DNA of 55,635 nt from an uncultured Candidatus Saccharibacteria bacterium (GTDB lineage Bacteria; Patescibacteriota; Minisyncoccia; Phycocordibacterales; UBA9973): positions 1 to 55,635 of the forward strand of contig CAYTMO010000002.1 in the NCBI GenBank assembly GCA_964439045.1, in the 5' to 3' direction. Below are positions 55,548 through 55,635 of the stretch, piece after piece. A model generated the notes under the pieces. The model was not told where the DNA came from and made no database searches. It saw nothing but the letters and a program-made list of their open reading frames with translations. The translations under genes were made by a program, and so were the position numbers. How positions within the stretch are numbered: position 1 is the first letter of the stretch; each line of letters starts with the position of its first letter.

Positions 55548-55635
55548 ATGAGTTTTGATGAAGATGATGATTTAAAAGAAGATGATGTTTTCCCAGACTT
55601 AGACTTGGATGACGATTTAGACTTGGGATTAGAAG
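55548..55635 (+). CDS. start of an acidic protein, 3' end outside window
   Basis: ATG at 55548. MSFDEDDDLKEDDVFPDLDLDDDLDLGLE stays open to the window edge. Confidence 0.3.
   Translation, partial: MSFDEDDDLKEDDVFPDLDLDDDLDLGLE

Noticed and set aside
1-55635. Alternative genetic code (UGA recoding as in some candidate phyla)
   Set aside because: All conserved genes give full-length products with the standard code. At least one conserved gene (mutM, 23156-23158) ends at a TGA at the expected C-terminus.
1-55635. CRISPR arrays, rRNA genes, transposases, integrases, reverse transcriptases
   Set aside because: I saw no regularly spaced direct repeats, no rRNA-like conserved stretches, and no DDE, tyrosine/serine recombinase or RT motifs in any frame of the ORF track.

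Overview
Low-GC (hand estimate about one third G+C), gene-dense bacterial window read with the standard code. Shortened housekeeping proteins, many small membrane or secreted orphans and a lone type IV pilus ATPase suggest a small-genome Patescibacteria/CPR-like chromosome; this is inference only. Recognisable core genes: nucleotide excision repair (uvrC-uvrA, then uvrB after a two-gene insertion), polA, ruvA, ruvB-yebC-ruvC, mutM, a B12 module (membrane protein-nrdJ-pduO-type adenosyltransferase), fur-YibE/F, ArsR, ABC-F, a cold-shock protein, rpsT, thioredoxin-like, RsuA-type pseudouridine synthase, TrmH-like, tsaE, pilB/gspE, LOG, holA-like, ICMT-like, TauE/SafE, a glucosaminidase and three tRNAs. 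Accessory content: the left 8 kb holds a tightly packed minus-strand operon with a ParB-fused and a second DNA methyltransferase plus three orphans. A nucleotidyltransferase + DUF2726 cassette sits between related palindromic repeats next to an odd tRNA. There are also tandem HExxH paralogues and a GC-anomalous Cys-rich gene beside fur. The most unusual signal is a set of inverted-repeat-bounded, GC-richer segments lying in frame inside uvrC, uvrA, uvrB and polA at positions where canonical homologues have no sequence. The uvrC and uvrA copies share core motifs, as do the uvrB and polA copies, which resembles in-frame palindromic insertion elements. Other notable points are a single in-frame TAA splitting a roughly 1124-aa surface beta-helix/lipase protein, a class-I-shaped tRNA with a Leu (UAG) anticodon enclosed by a perfect 14-bp inverted repeat, and two structured leaders with terminator-like hairpins. 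No rRNA, CRISPR array, transposase or integrase was seen.
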